A DNA stretch of 50,949 nucleotides from a plasmid: sequence record NZ_CP034927.1; one strand, written 5' to 3'. Position numbers and translations under genes: made by a program. Numbering within the stretch: position 1 is the first letter of the stretch; each line of letters starts with the position of its first letter. Under the pieces are notes generated by a model. It was not told the DNA's origin, ran no database searches, and saw only the letters and a program-made list of their open reading frames with translations. Positions 1 through 7,692 of the stretch are shown piece after piece.

Positions 1-395
1 CCGCGGTTGTTGTGCCCGGCGAGTTCCTCGATGCGGCGGGCCGCGGCCTGATGCTCGGCCGGCAACATCGCATAGGATTTTTCCCGGACCTCCTTCGAAA
101 TGGCGTTCACCGCGTCCTTCAGGGCGGTGTGGCTGTACTTCTTCATCGTCTCGTCACCTGCTTCCTTCCCGGGTGGTGAAGCCGTGCCCGTCCCGGAACC
201 CATTCCGGATGATGACACCGTGGAGGTTCGCCGGGCGATGGCGAGCATGTTCTCCCATATCGTCATCGCATTGATGAACATCGGGTCGAGTGCCGGCACC
301 TCCCGGACACCCGTCATCGCCTGCACCTGGGAACGGAGCTTCATCAACTCGTGTAGCATCAGGTCGGCGGCTTCCAGGGAGAGGCCATGCGGCAT
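1..395 (-). CDS. hypothetical protein, 3' end outside window
   Basis: The minus-strand frame is open from the window edge up to an ATG at 395 (MPHGLSLEAADLMLHELMKLRSQVQAM...MKKYSHTALKDAVNAISKEVREKSYAMLPAEHQAAARRIEELAGHNN). Third-position GC is high. An alternative internal start is the ATG at 150. No family is recognised with confidence (possibly phasin-like). Confidence 0.35.
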   Translation of the reverse strand, partial: MPHGLSLEAADLMLHELMKLRSQVQAMTGVREVPALDPMFINAMTIWENMLAIARRTSTVSSSGMGSGTGTASPPGKEAGDETMKKYSHTALKDAVNAISKEVREKSYAMLPAEHQAAARRIEELAGHNNR

Positions 396-663
396 GACAG
401 GCTTCGGACACAAGCTGGCAACCTCATCGTCGCGGACCGGGTGAACGAGCCAACCGGCTCGTCCCCCTGCCAGCTTATAGCCTTGTATTCGGGGATGCGG
501 TTGCCCGCCTTGCCGGAAGCCGGGCTGGCCGAGACCCTCTCAGCCACACGGATGCGAGATACCGTCCGGCGATGATGAGTGGCCGGGCGAATGGGCATGC
601 TGCCCTTCCGGCTCACGGATTCCAGACCTGGCTCCAGGATCCGGGAGTCGAAGCCGAACGACC

Positions 664-1149
664 TCAGCTGTCGACGCCGACCGCGTTCCATGAGGCCTGC
701 AGGTCGCGAACGATGGACCAGGCGACGTATTCGCCGCCGTGCCGGGGAGTCACAGGCAGGGGCCGCAGGTTCCCCCGGTTCTCCAGCCGCTGCGCCACCC
801 GCAGCTTGGCCCGCAGGCCGTCGTGGCCCCGGGCCGGAGTTGCGATCAGCGTCTGCTCGACCTCGGAGAGCCAGTCGGTGGCGGCATCGAGCTCGGGCTT
901 GAGGCGGTCCTCGTCGGCAAGGGTCCGTGCCCTGGCCTGCAGCGCCCCCAGGGCGGCGTAGGCATTTCGCCATTCGACGTGGAGACGTTGGAGATTCTTG
1001 TCCGGATCGCCGGATGACTTGGTCTCCGACACGGCACCGCGGAAGGCGGCAAGGGTCAGGCTGCCGGCAGCCAGTGCGGCGAGCGCCGCACGGCGGGAGA
1101 GGCCTCCTCCGCTTCGGTGGCGGTCTGTGATACGGGTATGCTTAGCCAT
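664..1149 (-). CDS. hypothetical exported protein with twin-arginine signal peptide
   Basis: 161 aa. The N-terminus MAKHTRITDRHRSGGGLSRRAALAALAAGSLTLAAF has an RR motif followed by a hydrophobic stretch. Third-position GC is high, typical of real genes here. Confidence 0.6.
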   Translation of the reverse strand: MAKHTRITDRHRSGGGLSRRAALAALAAGSLTLAAFRGAVSETKSSGDPDKNLQRLHVEWRNAYAALGALQARARTLADEDRLKPELDAATDWLSEVEQTLIATPARGHDGLRAKLRVAQRLENRGNLRPLPVTPRHGGEYVAWSIVRDLQASWNAVGVDS

Positions 1150-1278
1150 GGCCGGCTGATCCCTTCAGCAGCTGTGGTCAGGCCGGGCGGGAGGGGTCCA
1201 GCCTCTCGTCCGGTCGCTCTGATGTTGTGAGGGTGGTCCCTCACACGTAATGTGTAACCCTACTCACCCAACACAACA

Positions 1279-1291
1279 ACTCAATTTGAGT
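1279..1291. promoter_or_regulatory. perfect 13-bp palindrome ACTCAATTTGAGT upstream of an XRE regulator gene; candidate operator
   Basis: Read directly in the sequence, nested inside TACTCA...TGAGTA. It lies in the divergent intergenic region between 1149 and 1305. Confidence 0.3.
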
Positions 1292-1304
1292 AAGGTAATT
1301 CGTT

Positions 1305-1544
1305 TTGGAAATCACGCCCGCGCAGTGCCGTGCGGCTCGTGCTCTGCTGAATTGGTCGCAGGATCAGCTGGAGACAGCGGCTAAGGTAGCACGCAAGACC
1401 ATCGCCGATTTCGAACGCGAAGTCCGCCGGCCGTACGCGCGGACGCTGGAGGCTCTTCGTGCCGCTCTGGAAGCGGCAGGAGTGGAATTCATCCCGGAAA
1501 ACGGAGGAGGCGCCGGGGTGCGCCTGCGGAAGCAATCCTCGTGA
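1305..1544 (+). CDS. XRE-family helix-turn-helix transcriptional regulator (79 aa, TTG start)
   Basis: LLNWSQDQLETAAKVARKTIADFEREVRRPYARTLEALRAALEAAGVEF is a typical small alphaproteobacterial HTH_XRE protein. Its stop overlaps the next gene (GTGA). Confidence 0.7.
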   Translation: MEITPAQCRAARALLNWSQDQLETAAKVARKTIADFEREVRRPYARTLEALRAALEAAGVEFIPENGGGAGVRLRKQSS

Positions 1545-1879
1545 AGGCCTGGATCACCGCTCTTGGCCTGCTCCTCACCCAGGCGGGCACTGCCATGGCG
1601 CAGACCATCGCCGTTCCGTCCGATCCCCGGGCGCGCTACGAGCTGGTCGGCAAAGTCAGGCGCGACGATGGCCTGGTCGAGATCACCACGCGCCGCCAGG
1701 GCCCGTCCGGTACGTCCTTCGCCCGGCGTGAGGCCGATTGCCGCCGGCGGTTGCTCCGCTACCTCGGTGAGGGCGACACCCTGGAAGAGGCCAGGTGCCC
1801 TGCCCCCAATCCCGGCAGGATGTCTCCCCTCGTCGACGGCTCCATCTCCGGCCACATCGTGCGCTTCGCATGCCGGTAG
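1541..1879 (+). CDS. hypothetical secreted protein (signal peptide MKAWITALGLLLTQAGTAMA)
   Basis: GTG start overlaps the upstream stop. It has an N-terminal signal-peptide-like segment and a 112-aa ORF. Confidence 0.5.
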   Translation: MKAWITALGLLLTQAGTAMAQTIAVPSDPRARYELVGKVRRDDGLVEITTRRQGPSGTSFARREADCRRRLLRYLGEGDTLEEARCPAPNPGRMSPLVDGSISGHIVRFACR

Positions 1880-2226
1880 CCGGTGAGACGAGCGCTCCGG
1901 CCGGTGCCGTCTATGACGGCGATGGCCGGCTGGTCCTGGGCAGTGGTCCCGCCTTCTCGCTCGGCCTGATCACGGACCGTGCCTTCCAGGCGGTGCTGCA
2001 CAACCTGGACGAACCGGGGAACACGATCGAGCAGGAGGACCGCCTCTGGCTCCTGCCCGAAGGGCTGATCCCAGACGCTCCCCTGCCCGAGCACGTCCTG
2101 GCCAGCCTCGCCGCGGTCGTGCGGGCCGGCCGCAAGGTCGTCGTGATGGCGGATAGTGCCGAGGCCGGCAACCGGGCCTGCGAGGCCATCGGGCAGGCCC
2201 TCGATGCGAGGCAGGGCAGCGCCTGA
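1870..2226 (+). CDS. hypothetical protein
   Basis: An internal ATG at 1870 overlaps the previous stop (ATGCCGGTAG), so the three genes 1305..2226 form an operon. No family is recognised. Confidence 0.45.
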   Translation: MPVAGETSAPAGAVYDGDGRLVLGSGPAFSLGLITDRAFQAVLHNLDEPGNTIEQEDRLWLLPEGLIPDAPLPEHVLASLAAVVRAGRKVVVMADSAEAGNRACEAIGQALDARQGSA

Positions 2227-2291
2227 GCGCGCGTCACACAGCGTTCTGTCCGGATGGCCAGATCACACCGTCCGGCCGGCCCTCCCCGGCA

Positions 2292-2684
2292 TCAACCGCG
2301 CCGGCTGGCCCGTAGCCACGCCGCGAAGGCCGCTTCGTCCAGCCCGCCTTCGACCAGCCGCAGCACCTGCTCCACGACCCGTGGCGCGGCGACGTCGATC
2401 TCGACACCGTTGGCCTTGAGGAAGAGCACGCAACAGCCCCAGGCGGTCCGCTTGTTGCCATCGTTGAAAGGGTGGTTGGCCGCGAGACCGTAAGCATAAG
2501 CCGCGGCCAGATCGAACAGGTCGGGGATGCCGGCATCGGCATAGGCGAGCTTGTTGCCGGGACGGCCCAGGGCGCTGTGCAGCATGCCCTCGTCCTTGAC
2601 GCCCTGGATCCCACCATACTCCCGCAGGGCCTGGTCGTGCAGGAACAGCACGACATCGGCCTCCAGGAACTCCGGGTCGCTCAA
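2292..2684 (-). CDS. doc: Doc (death-on-curing) toxin, Fic-fold family
   Basis: LHDQALREYGGIQGVKDEGMLHSALGRPGNKLAYADAGIPDLFDLAAAYAYGLAANHPFNDGNKRTAWGCCVLFLKANGVEIDV matches the Doc/Fic core including the HPFxDGNKR motif. A TTG start at 2684 overlaps the antitoxin stop (TTGA). Confidence 0.8.
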   Translation of the reverse strand: MSDPEFLEADVVLFLHDQALREYGGIQGVKDEGMLHSALGRPGNKLAYADAGIPDLFDLAAAYAYGLAANHPFNDGNKRTAWGCCVLFLKANGVEIDVAAPRVVEQVLRLVEGGLDEAAFAAWLRASRRG

Positions 2685-2908
2685 CGCCTGGCGAGTTCCT
2701 GCAGCGCGTCGGCCTGCTCGCGCAGGACCTCTCGGGCCAGCTGCATCTGCCGCTCGAGCTTCAGGTTGCGCTTCACCAGCTTCACCCCATCCGCCAGTTC
2801 CACCAGGGTCAGGTCCTGGCCGACCTCCAGCCCCATGCGGATCCTCGTCTCGGCCGGGAACGTCACCCCGACCGAGTTGCCCTGCCGGCGTAGTGTCACC
2901 GTGGTCAT
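2681..2908 (-). CDS. phd: Phd-like antitoxin (AbrB/SpoVT-MazE fold) partner of Doc
   Basis: 75 aa, MTTVTLRRQGNSVGVTFPAETRIRMGLEVGQDLTLVELADGVKLVKRNL. A GGAGG RBS precedes the ATG. It is translationally coupled to doc. Confidence 0.65.
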   Translation of the reverse strand: MTTVTLRRQGNSVGVTFPAETRIRMGLEVGQDLTLVELADGVKLVKRNLKLERQMQLAREVLREQADALQELARR

Positions 2909-2919
2909 GATGCGCCTCC

Positions 2920-2938
2920 GTCTTACGTTCAGTAAGAC
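2920..2938. promoter_or_regulatory. inverted repeat GTCTTAC-N5-GTAAGAC immediately upstream of the phd-doc operon; candidate operator
   Basis: The repeat was read directly in the sequence, 12 bp upstream of the phd start codon. Confidence 0.35.
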
Positions 2939-3034
2939 TAGGGCTTGTACCCCGCCCCCTCAAGGGTCATCGACGCCCGCGGATCGTGCGGGCCGCCATC
3001 ATGGCCCTCCCCGGGGCGCCCGATGTCCACGCCT

Positions 3035-3460
3035 TCACCCTTCCCGTTCCGCCGAAAGCGGGCAGCAGGCCTCGGCGGTGACATGGGCCAGCCGGCTCAG
3101 CCGCAGCGCCGTGATGCTGCTGCCCGGCACCGCCGCGGCGATGTGCTGCAGCACCGGGATCCGGCCCAGCACCTGCTCGCTCACCGCCTGCGCCACCAGG
3201 TCGGCCCCCGACACCCCGGCCGCCGTCCACACCGCCCGGCGCAGCAGCGCCACCGTCACCGCCAAATTCGGCCGCAGCCCGTGGATCTGTGCCACCTGCC
3301 GCACCAGCGACAGCCCGCGCAGCCCCGCCAGCACCCCGTCCAGCGCCGGCGAGGGCGAGATCGCCACCATCACGCCCCCCTCCAGCGCCGCCCGCTGGCC
3401 CGCCACCCGCGAGGTCTGCCGCAGCGGCTCGCTCACCTCTCGCGTCATCACTAACATCGA
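3035..3460 (-). CDS. hypothetical protein (142 aa)
   Basis: The frame has very high third-position GC (nearly every codon ends in G/C), unlike the overlapping plus-strand ORFs in the track. Family not recognised. The longer ORF in the track (to 4108) is a read-through into the IS66 end. Confidence 0.35.
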   Translation of the reverse strand, partial: SMLVMTREVSEPLRQTSRVAGQRAALEGGVMVAISPSPALDGVLAGLRGLSLVRQVAQIHGLRPNLAVTVALLRRAVWTAAGVSGADLVAQAVSEQVLGRIPVLQHIAAAVPGSSITALRLSRLAHVTAEACCPLSAEREG

Positions 3461-3538
3461 CCATAATGTTGGCTCGAAGCTCCCCGTCCGACGGCGAGGC
3501 GGCACGACATCGGTATACCTGGGAAGAAGGGCTCTCAG

Positions 3539-3593
3539 ACAGCGCTTACCATCAGCCTGCGCAGCGCGGCGAAGCTGCGGAACCAGGAAGAAC
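3539..3593 (+). pseudogene. putative 5' portion of a vapB-like antitoxin gene interrupted by IS66 (its 3' end is now at 16290..16344)
   Basis: The frame ...TALTISLRSAAKLRNQEE | [15 protein letters not shown] becomes continuous when 3593 is joined to the reverse complement of 16344 across the shared 8-bp GGAAGAAC. The upstream start is not identifiable. Confidence 0.3.
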
Positions 3594-3695
3594 GTACCCC
3601 TTCGGTGAGGGCCGCCTTCCAGCCTGGGGCTGAACCTGTCTTCTGATCTTATCAACGCTCGTAGGAGCGTTGTTAAGAACGGGGCGGTTTGGGAC

Positions 3696-4064
3696 ATGGA
3701 GATCATCAGCGGCGTCGAACGTCGCCGGCAATGGCGGGTGGCGGACAAGCTGCGGATCGTGGCCGAGGCTGAACGTCCCGGCGCGTGCTTCGTAGAGGTA
3801 GCTCGCCGGCATGAGGTGAGCCGGAGCGTACTTTGGGCTTGGCGCAAGCAGGCGCGGCAGGGCGTGCTGGTGGCCGAACCCGTGCCGATGTTCATGCCGG
3901 TGCAGGTGGCAGAGGACCTGCCGGCACCCGCCCCTCGGGCTGAGGCTGCGCCGGCGGCTTCTCCCCGGATCGAGATAGCCTTGCCGGACGGTACGGTGAT
4001 CCGCGTCGACGAGGGGATCAGCGCTGCCGCGCTGCGGCGTGTGATGGCGGCACTGCGCGGATGA
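3696..4064 (+). CDS. tnpA: IS66 TnpA (small HTH protein, orf1)
   Basis: MEIISGVERRRQWRVADKLRIVAEAERPGACFVEVARRHEVSRSVLWAWRK is the typical IS66 orf1. Confidence 0.85.
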   Translation: MEIISGVERRRQWRVADKLRIVAEAERPGACFVEVARRHEVSRSVLWAWRKQARQGVLVAEPVPMFMPVQVAEDLPAPAPRAEAAPAASPRIEIALPDGTVIRVDEGISAAALRRVMAALRG

Positions 4065-4408
4065 TCCCGGTTCCCTCCGGTGTCCGGGTCTGGCTGGCGG
4101 CGGGCCACACCGACATGCGGCGCGGCATGAATGGCTTGGCGCTACAGGTGCAGCAGGCGCTCGGGCGCGATCCCCATGCCGGCGATCTCTACGTTTTTCG
4201 GGGCCGCCGCGGCGACCTGGTAAAAATCGTTTGGCATGACGGGCTCGGCATGTCGCTCTACGCCAAGCGGCTGGAGCGCGGCCGGTTCATCTGGCCGCCG
4301 CCGGCGGATGGCGCGGTGGCGATTTCCGGGTCGCAATTGGCCTACATGCTGGACGGCATCGATTGGCGGAACCCGCAACGGACATGGCGTCCGGAGGTCG
4401 CCGGATAA
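4061..4408 (+). CDS. tnpB: IS66 TnpB (orf2)
   Basis: WLAAGHTDMRRGMNGLALQVQ...LYVFRGRRGDLVKIVWHDGLGMSLYAKRLERGRFIWP is the conserved IS66 Orf2. It overlaps tnpA by ATGA. Confidence 0.85.
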   Translation: MIPVPSGVRVWLAAGHTDMRRGMNGLALQVQQALGRDPHAGDLYVFRGRRGDLVKIVWHDGLGMSLYAKRLERGRFIWPPPADGAVAISGSQLAYMLDGIDWRNPQRTWRPEVAG

Positions 4409-4447
4409 GGCTGGCAGGCGGGCATCGGGTATGATTCAATTTCTGTC

Positions 4448-6037
4448 GTGATACCCGCGCCGGACACCATCCCCGCCGATATCGACGCGCTGCGCACCGC
4501 GCTGGCGGCGGAGCAGTCGGCCCGGCGTGAGGCCGAGGCGCGGGCCTCCGGCGCCGAGGCGATGGTGGCGCATCTCAAGCTGCTGATCGCCCGGCTCAAG
4601 CACGACAAGTACGGCGCCTCCTCCGAGCGCGGCCGCAAGCTGCTCGACCAGTTGGAACTCGAGCTCGGCGAGTTGGTCGCCGCCGCCAGCGAGGACGCCG
4701 CCAAGGTCGAGGGCGCAGCCTACAAGGACGGCAGCACCCGCCGCCCCGACAGTCCGCCCCGCGGCCAGCCGGTGCGGGCCCCCCTGCCGGCTCACCTGCC
4801 ACGCGAGCGGATTGTCCTGCCGGCGCCGACGACCTGTCCCTGCTGCAATGGCAGGCTGTCCAAGCTGGGCGAGGACATCACGGAAACGCTCGAGGTCGAG
4901 CCGATCAGATGGAAGGTCATCCAGACCGTGCGGGAGAGGTTCTCCTGTCGCTCCTGCGAGAGCGTCACCCAGCCGCCGGCACCGTTCCACCCCATCGCCC
5001 GCGGCCGGGCAGGACCGAACCTGCTGGCCATGATCCTGGAGGCCAAGTTCGGCCAGCACCTGCCGCTGAACCGCCAGAGCGAGACCTATGCCTTGCAGGG
5101 CATCGAACTCAGCGTCTCGACCATCGCCGGCTGGGTCGGGGCCTGCACCGCCAACCTGGACCCGCTGGTCACCCTCATCGAGGCCCATGTGCTGGCGGCC
5201 GAGCGGTTGCACGGCGACGATACCACCGTCCCCGTGCTGGCCAAGGGCAAGACCATCACCGGCCGGGTCTGGACCTATGTCCGCGACGACCGGCCCTTTG
5301 GCGGCCGGGCACCGCCGGCGGCGATGTTCCGCTACTCCCGTGACCGGACAGCCGAGCATCCGAACCGGCACTTGGTCGGCTATGCCGGCATCCTGCAGGC
5401 CGACGCCTATGCCGGGTACAACGGGCTCTACGAGGCCGACCGACAACCGGGGCCGGTCACCGAGGCAGCGTGTTGGGCGCATGGCAGGCGCAAGCTGTTC
5501 GAACTGGCCGAGTTGTCGCGGGCGCCGCTCGCCGTCGAGGCGGTGAGCCAGATCGACGCCATCTTTGATGCCGAGCGCACCATCAACAACCTGCCCGCCG
5601 AGGCGCGGCTCGTCCTTCGCCGGCAGCACGTCGCGCCGCTGGTCACCGACTTCGAGACCTGGATGCGCGAGAGCCGCGGCAAGGTGTCCCGGCACGCGCC
5701 GGTCGCCAAGGCCATGGACTACATGCTGGTGCGCTGGGAAGCCTTCACCCGGTTTCTCGGCAATGGCCGGATCTGCCTCACGAATAATGCTGCCGAACGG
5801 GCGCTGCGCGGTATCGCCCTTGGCAGGAAGTCGTGGCTGTTCGCCGGCAGCGATCGCGGCGGCGACCGGGCCGCGGCGATGTACTCGCTGATCTACACCG
5901 CCAAGCTGAACGACGTCGACCCGCGCGCCTGGCTGGCCGATGTCCTCGCCCGCATCGCCGACCACCCTGCCTCGCGCCTGCACGAGCTGCTGCCTTGGAA
6001 CTGGACCCGTGCGAGGGAGGGCAAGGAAGCGGCATGA
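4448..6037 (+). CDS. tnpC: IS66-family transposase TnpC (529 aa)
   Basis: It has an N-terminal coiled-coil/leucine zipper, the CPCCNGRLSKLGED...CRSCE zinc motif and a DDE core (HLVGYAGILQADAYAGY). Confidence 0.9.
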   Translation: MIPAPDTIPADIDALRTALAAEQSARREAEARASGAEAMVAHLKLLIARLKHDKYGASSERGRKLLDQLELELGELVAAASEDAAKVEGAAYKDGSTRRPDSPPRGQPVRAPLPAHLPRERIVLPAPTTCPCCNGRLSKLGEDITETLEVEPIRWKVIQTVRERFSCRSCESVTQPPAPFHPIARGRAGPNLLAMILEAKFGQHLPLNRQSETYALQGIELSVSTIAGWVGACTANLDPLVTLIEAHVLAAERLHGDDTTVPVLAKGKTITGRVWTYVRDDRPFGGRAPPAAMFRYSRDRTAEHPNRHLVGYAGILQADAYAGYNGLYEADRQPGPVTEAACWAHGRRKLFELAELSRAPLAVEAVSQIDAIFDAERTINNLPAEARLVLRRQHVAPLVTDFETWMRESRGKVSRHAPVAKAMDYMLVRWEAFTRFLGNGRICLTNNAAERALRGIALGRKSWLFAGSDRGGDRAAAMYSLIYTAKLNDVDPRAWLADVLARIADHPASRLHELLPWNWTRAREGKEAA

Positions 6038-6633
6038 CCAGCTCCAACATCGCCCGGCTGAAGATCACCCTCGACGACGTCAAGCCCGCGGTGACGCGCC
6101 GCGTCGAGGTGCCGCTGACCATCCGGCTCGATCGCCTGCATTTGGTGCTGCAGGCCGCCATGGGCTGGACCAACAGCCACCTTTACGAGATCCGCGCCCG
6201 CGGCGTGGGCTGGGGCGTGCCCGACCCAGACTGGGGAGACGGCCCGCTCGACGCCCGCAAGACGCGGCTCCTCGACGTCATCGAGGACACCGGCGCGAAG
6301 ACGCTGAGGTACCTCTACGACTTCGGTGACGGCTGGGAACACACGGTCAAGGTCGAGCGCATCGCCGATGCTATCCCCGGCCTGCTCTACCCGTTCCTGA
6401 TCAATGCTACAGGCCGTTGCCCACCCGAGGACGTTGGCGGACCCCCAGGTTATGCCGAGTTCCTCGACGCGATCGCCGACCCGAAGCACGAGAGCCACGC
6501 CGAGATGGTTCGCTGGGTCGGCGTGCCTTTCGATCCCGCCGGCATCGACTTCGAAGAGCACGCAAAAGCCGTCGACACCCTCGCCAAGGCGTGGTCACGC
6601 AAGCCAGCCACCCGGCGCAATTCCGCAAGCTGA
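6034..6633 (+). CDS. pRiA4b ORF-3-like family protein carried inside the IS66 element
   Basis: LKITLDDVKPAVTRRVEVP...LHLVLQAAMGWTNSHLYEI...YLYDFGDGWEH recalls the PRiA4_ORF3 family. Its start ATG overlaps the tnpC stop (ATGA). Confidence 0.65.
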   Translation: MTSSNIARLKITLDDVKPAVTRRVEVPLTIRLDRLHLVLQAAMGWTNSHLYEIRARGVGWGVPDPDWGDGPLDARKTRLLDVIEDTGAKTLRYLYDFGDGWEHTVKVERIADAIPGLLYPFLINATGRCPPEDVGGPPGYAEFLDAIADPKHESHAEMVRWVGVPFDPAGIDFEEHAKAVDTLAKAWSRKPATRRNSAS

Positions 6634-6743
6634 TCGCGGCCCTCCCAGGATCAGCGCCCCAGAGGAGCTCAGCCCCGACCGATAGCGGTGAACGCCGCCA
6701 ATCCGCGGTCCTCGGCTACCCGCGGCCTTGGCCGTATGGGTAC

Positions 6744-6834
6744 CTTCCTGCGCAGTGTCGCGGAGGCGGTGCTGCAGATGCTGATGGAGGCCGACGTGGA
6801 AGGCCAGATCGGTGCCGGGCGGCACGAGCGCACC
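6744..6834 (+). pseudogene. internal fragment of an IS256-family transposase gene
   Basis: FLRSVAEAVLQMLMEADVEGQIGAGRHERTGG resembles the conserved IS256 N-terminal region. The matching N-terminus (MTEERLPLADLLAKAGDGN) sits at 19495..19558 on the other strand. Confidence 0.55.
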
Positions 6835-7692
6835 GGCGGGCACCGTCAACTTGCCGGCCTCGAGGCGACGAGGCTGATTGATCGACAACGGACTCCAGGG
6901 CGATCAAGCCCGTGCGGCGACCCCGCTGACCTCGGACCACACCTCGAACGCGCGCGCCCTTGCGGCACGATAGTCGCAGGCGGTGACGTGGTCCCGGCGA
7001 AGATGAAAGAGGTTGTTGATCCCGTCGTGGGCGGAAAGGAAGCGCTGCGCTTGGCCAGCAGACTTGAACCGCTTCATCCCTCGTTCTCGTCGTCGTGTCG
7101 GCTGATGCGAGTTCTCAGCACGGTTGTTCAGCCCCTTGTGCTGGCGGTGCTCGACGGAAGGCATCACCTCCTTCTTCGCGGCGCCGTAGCTTGCCAGCTT
7201 GTCGGTGATCATGACCCGTGGTGGCCGCATCTGCCGCTTCAGCAGCTTCCTGAGTAGCCGCTTGGCAGCTTGCTTATCTCGTCGGCTCTGCACCAGCACG
7301 TCGAGTACCATCCCGGCCTGATCGACGGCGCGCCAGAGCCAGTGCGTCACACCGTTGATCTTGAGGACGACCTCATCCAGCTGCCACTTGTCACCGGTGC
7401 GGGGCAGCCGGCAGCGGATCTGATTGGCGAAAGCCTGACCGAACTTGCGGCCCCATTGCCGCAGTGTTTCGTGGCTAACCACGATGCCGCGGAAGGCCAG
7501 CATCTCTTCCACCATCCGCAAGCTGAGTGGGAAGCGGAAGTAAAGCCACACCGCCTGGCTGATGATCTCGCCCGGAAAGCGATACCCGACGAAGCTGGGG
7601 CAGGCGGCGGAGGCGGTCATCCTACCCCACTACCGGTGGTAGGCAGCTCGGGCAAGCTTGCAGCCGGCCAACTTGACGATACCGGGCACACC
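6835..7692 (-). mobile_element. IS6-family insertion sequence (about 860 bp)
   Basis: A single transposase ORF is flanked by imperfect terminal IRs (GGCGGGCACCGTCAACTTGCCGGCC at the left versus the reverse complement of the right end, GGTGTGCCCGGTATCGTCAAGTTGGCCGGC). The boundaries are approximate, within a few bp. Confidence 0.65.
6904..7620 (-). CDS. IS6-family (IS26/IS6100-like) DDE transposase, 238 aa
   Basis: FPGEIISQAVWLYFRFPLSLRMVEEMLAFRGIVVSHETLRQW...DEVVLKINGVTHWLWRAVD...MITDKLASYGAA...NNRAENSHQPTRRRE aligns with the IS6100/IS26 transposase motifs. Confidence 0.85.
   Translation of the reverse strand: MTASAACPSFVGYRFPGEIISQAVWLYFRFPLSLRMVEEMLAFRGIVVSHETLRQWGRKFGQAFANQIRCRLPRTGDKWQLDEVVLKINGVTHWLWRAVDQAGMVLDVLVQSRRDKQAAKRLLRKLLKRQMRPPRVMITDKLASYGAAKKEVMPSVEHRQHKGLNNRAENSHQPTRRRERGMKRFKSAGQAQRFLSAHDGINNLFHLRRDHVTACDYRAARARAFEVWSEVSGVAARA

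Larger units (their letters stand above)
3594..6743 (+). mobile_element. IS66-family insertion sequence, copy 1 (3150 bp, four ORFs)
   Basis: The ends are defined by identity with an inverted second copy. Terminal imperfect IRs are GTACCCCTTCGGTGAGGG and (reverse complement) GTACCCATACGGCCAAGG. It is flanked by the 8-mers GGAAGAAC (left) and CTTCCTGC (right). Confidence 0.85.

Noticed and set aside
2472-3608. 378-aa plus-strand ORF and 2945..3454
   Set aside because: They have low-complexity Arg/Pro/Ala composition and poor third-position GC. They overlap Doc, Phd and the better-supported minus-strand gene 3035..3460.
3035-4108. 357-aa ORF and its twin at 18980..19780 with identical N-terminal halves
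   Set aside because: The identity comes solely from the duplicated IS66 end. The ORFs read antisense across the IS boundary. Only the part outside the IS (3035..3460) has coding-like codon bias.
6688-7257. 189-aa ORF running from the IS256 fragment through the IS6 inverted repeat and antisense to the IS6 transposase
   Set aside because: Only the first about 30 codons (the IS256 fragment) are meaningful. The rest is antisense read-through.
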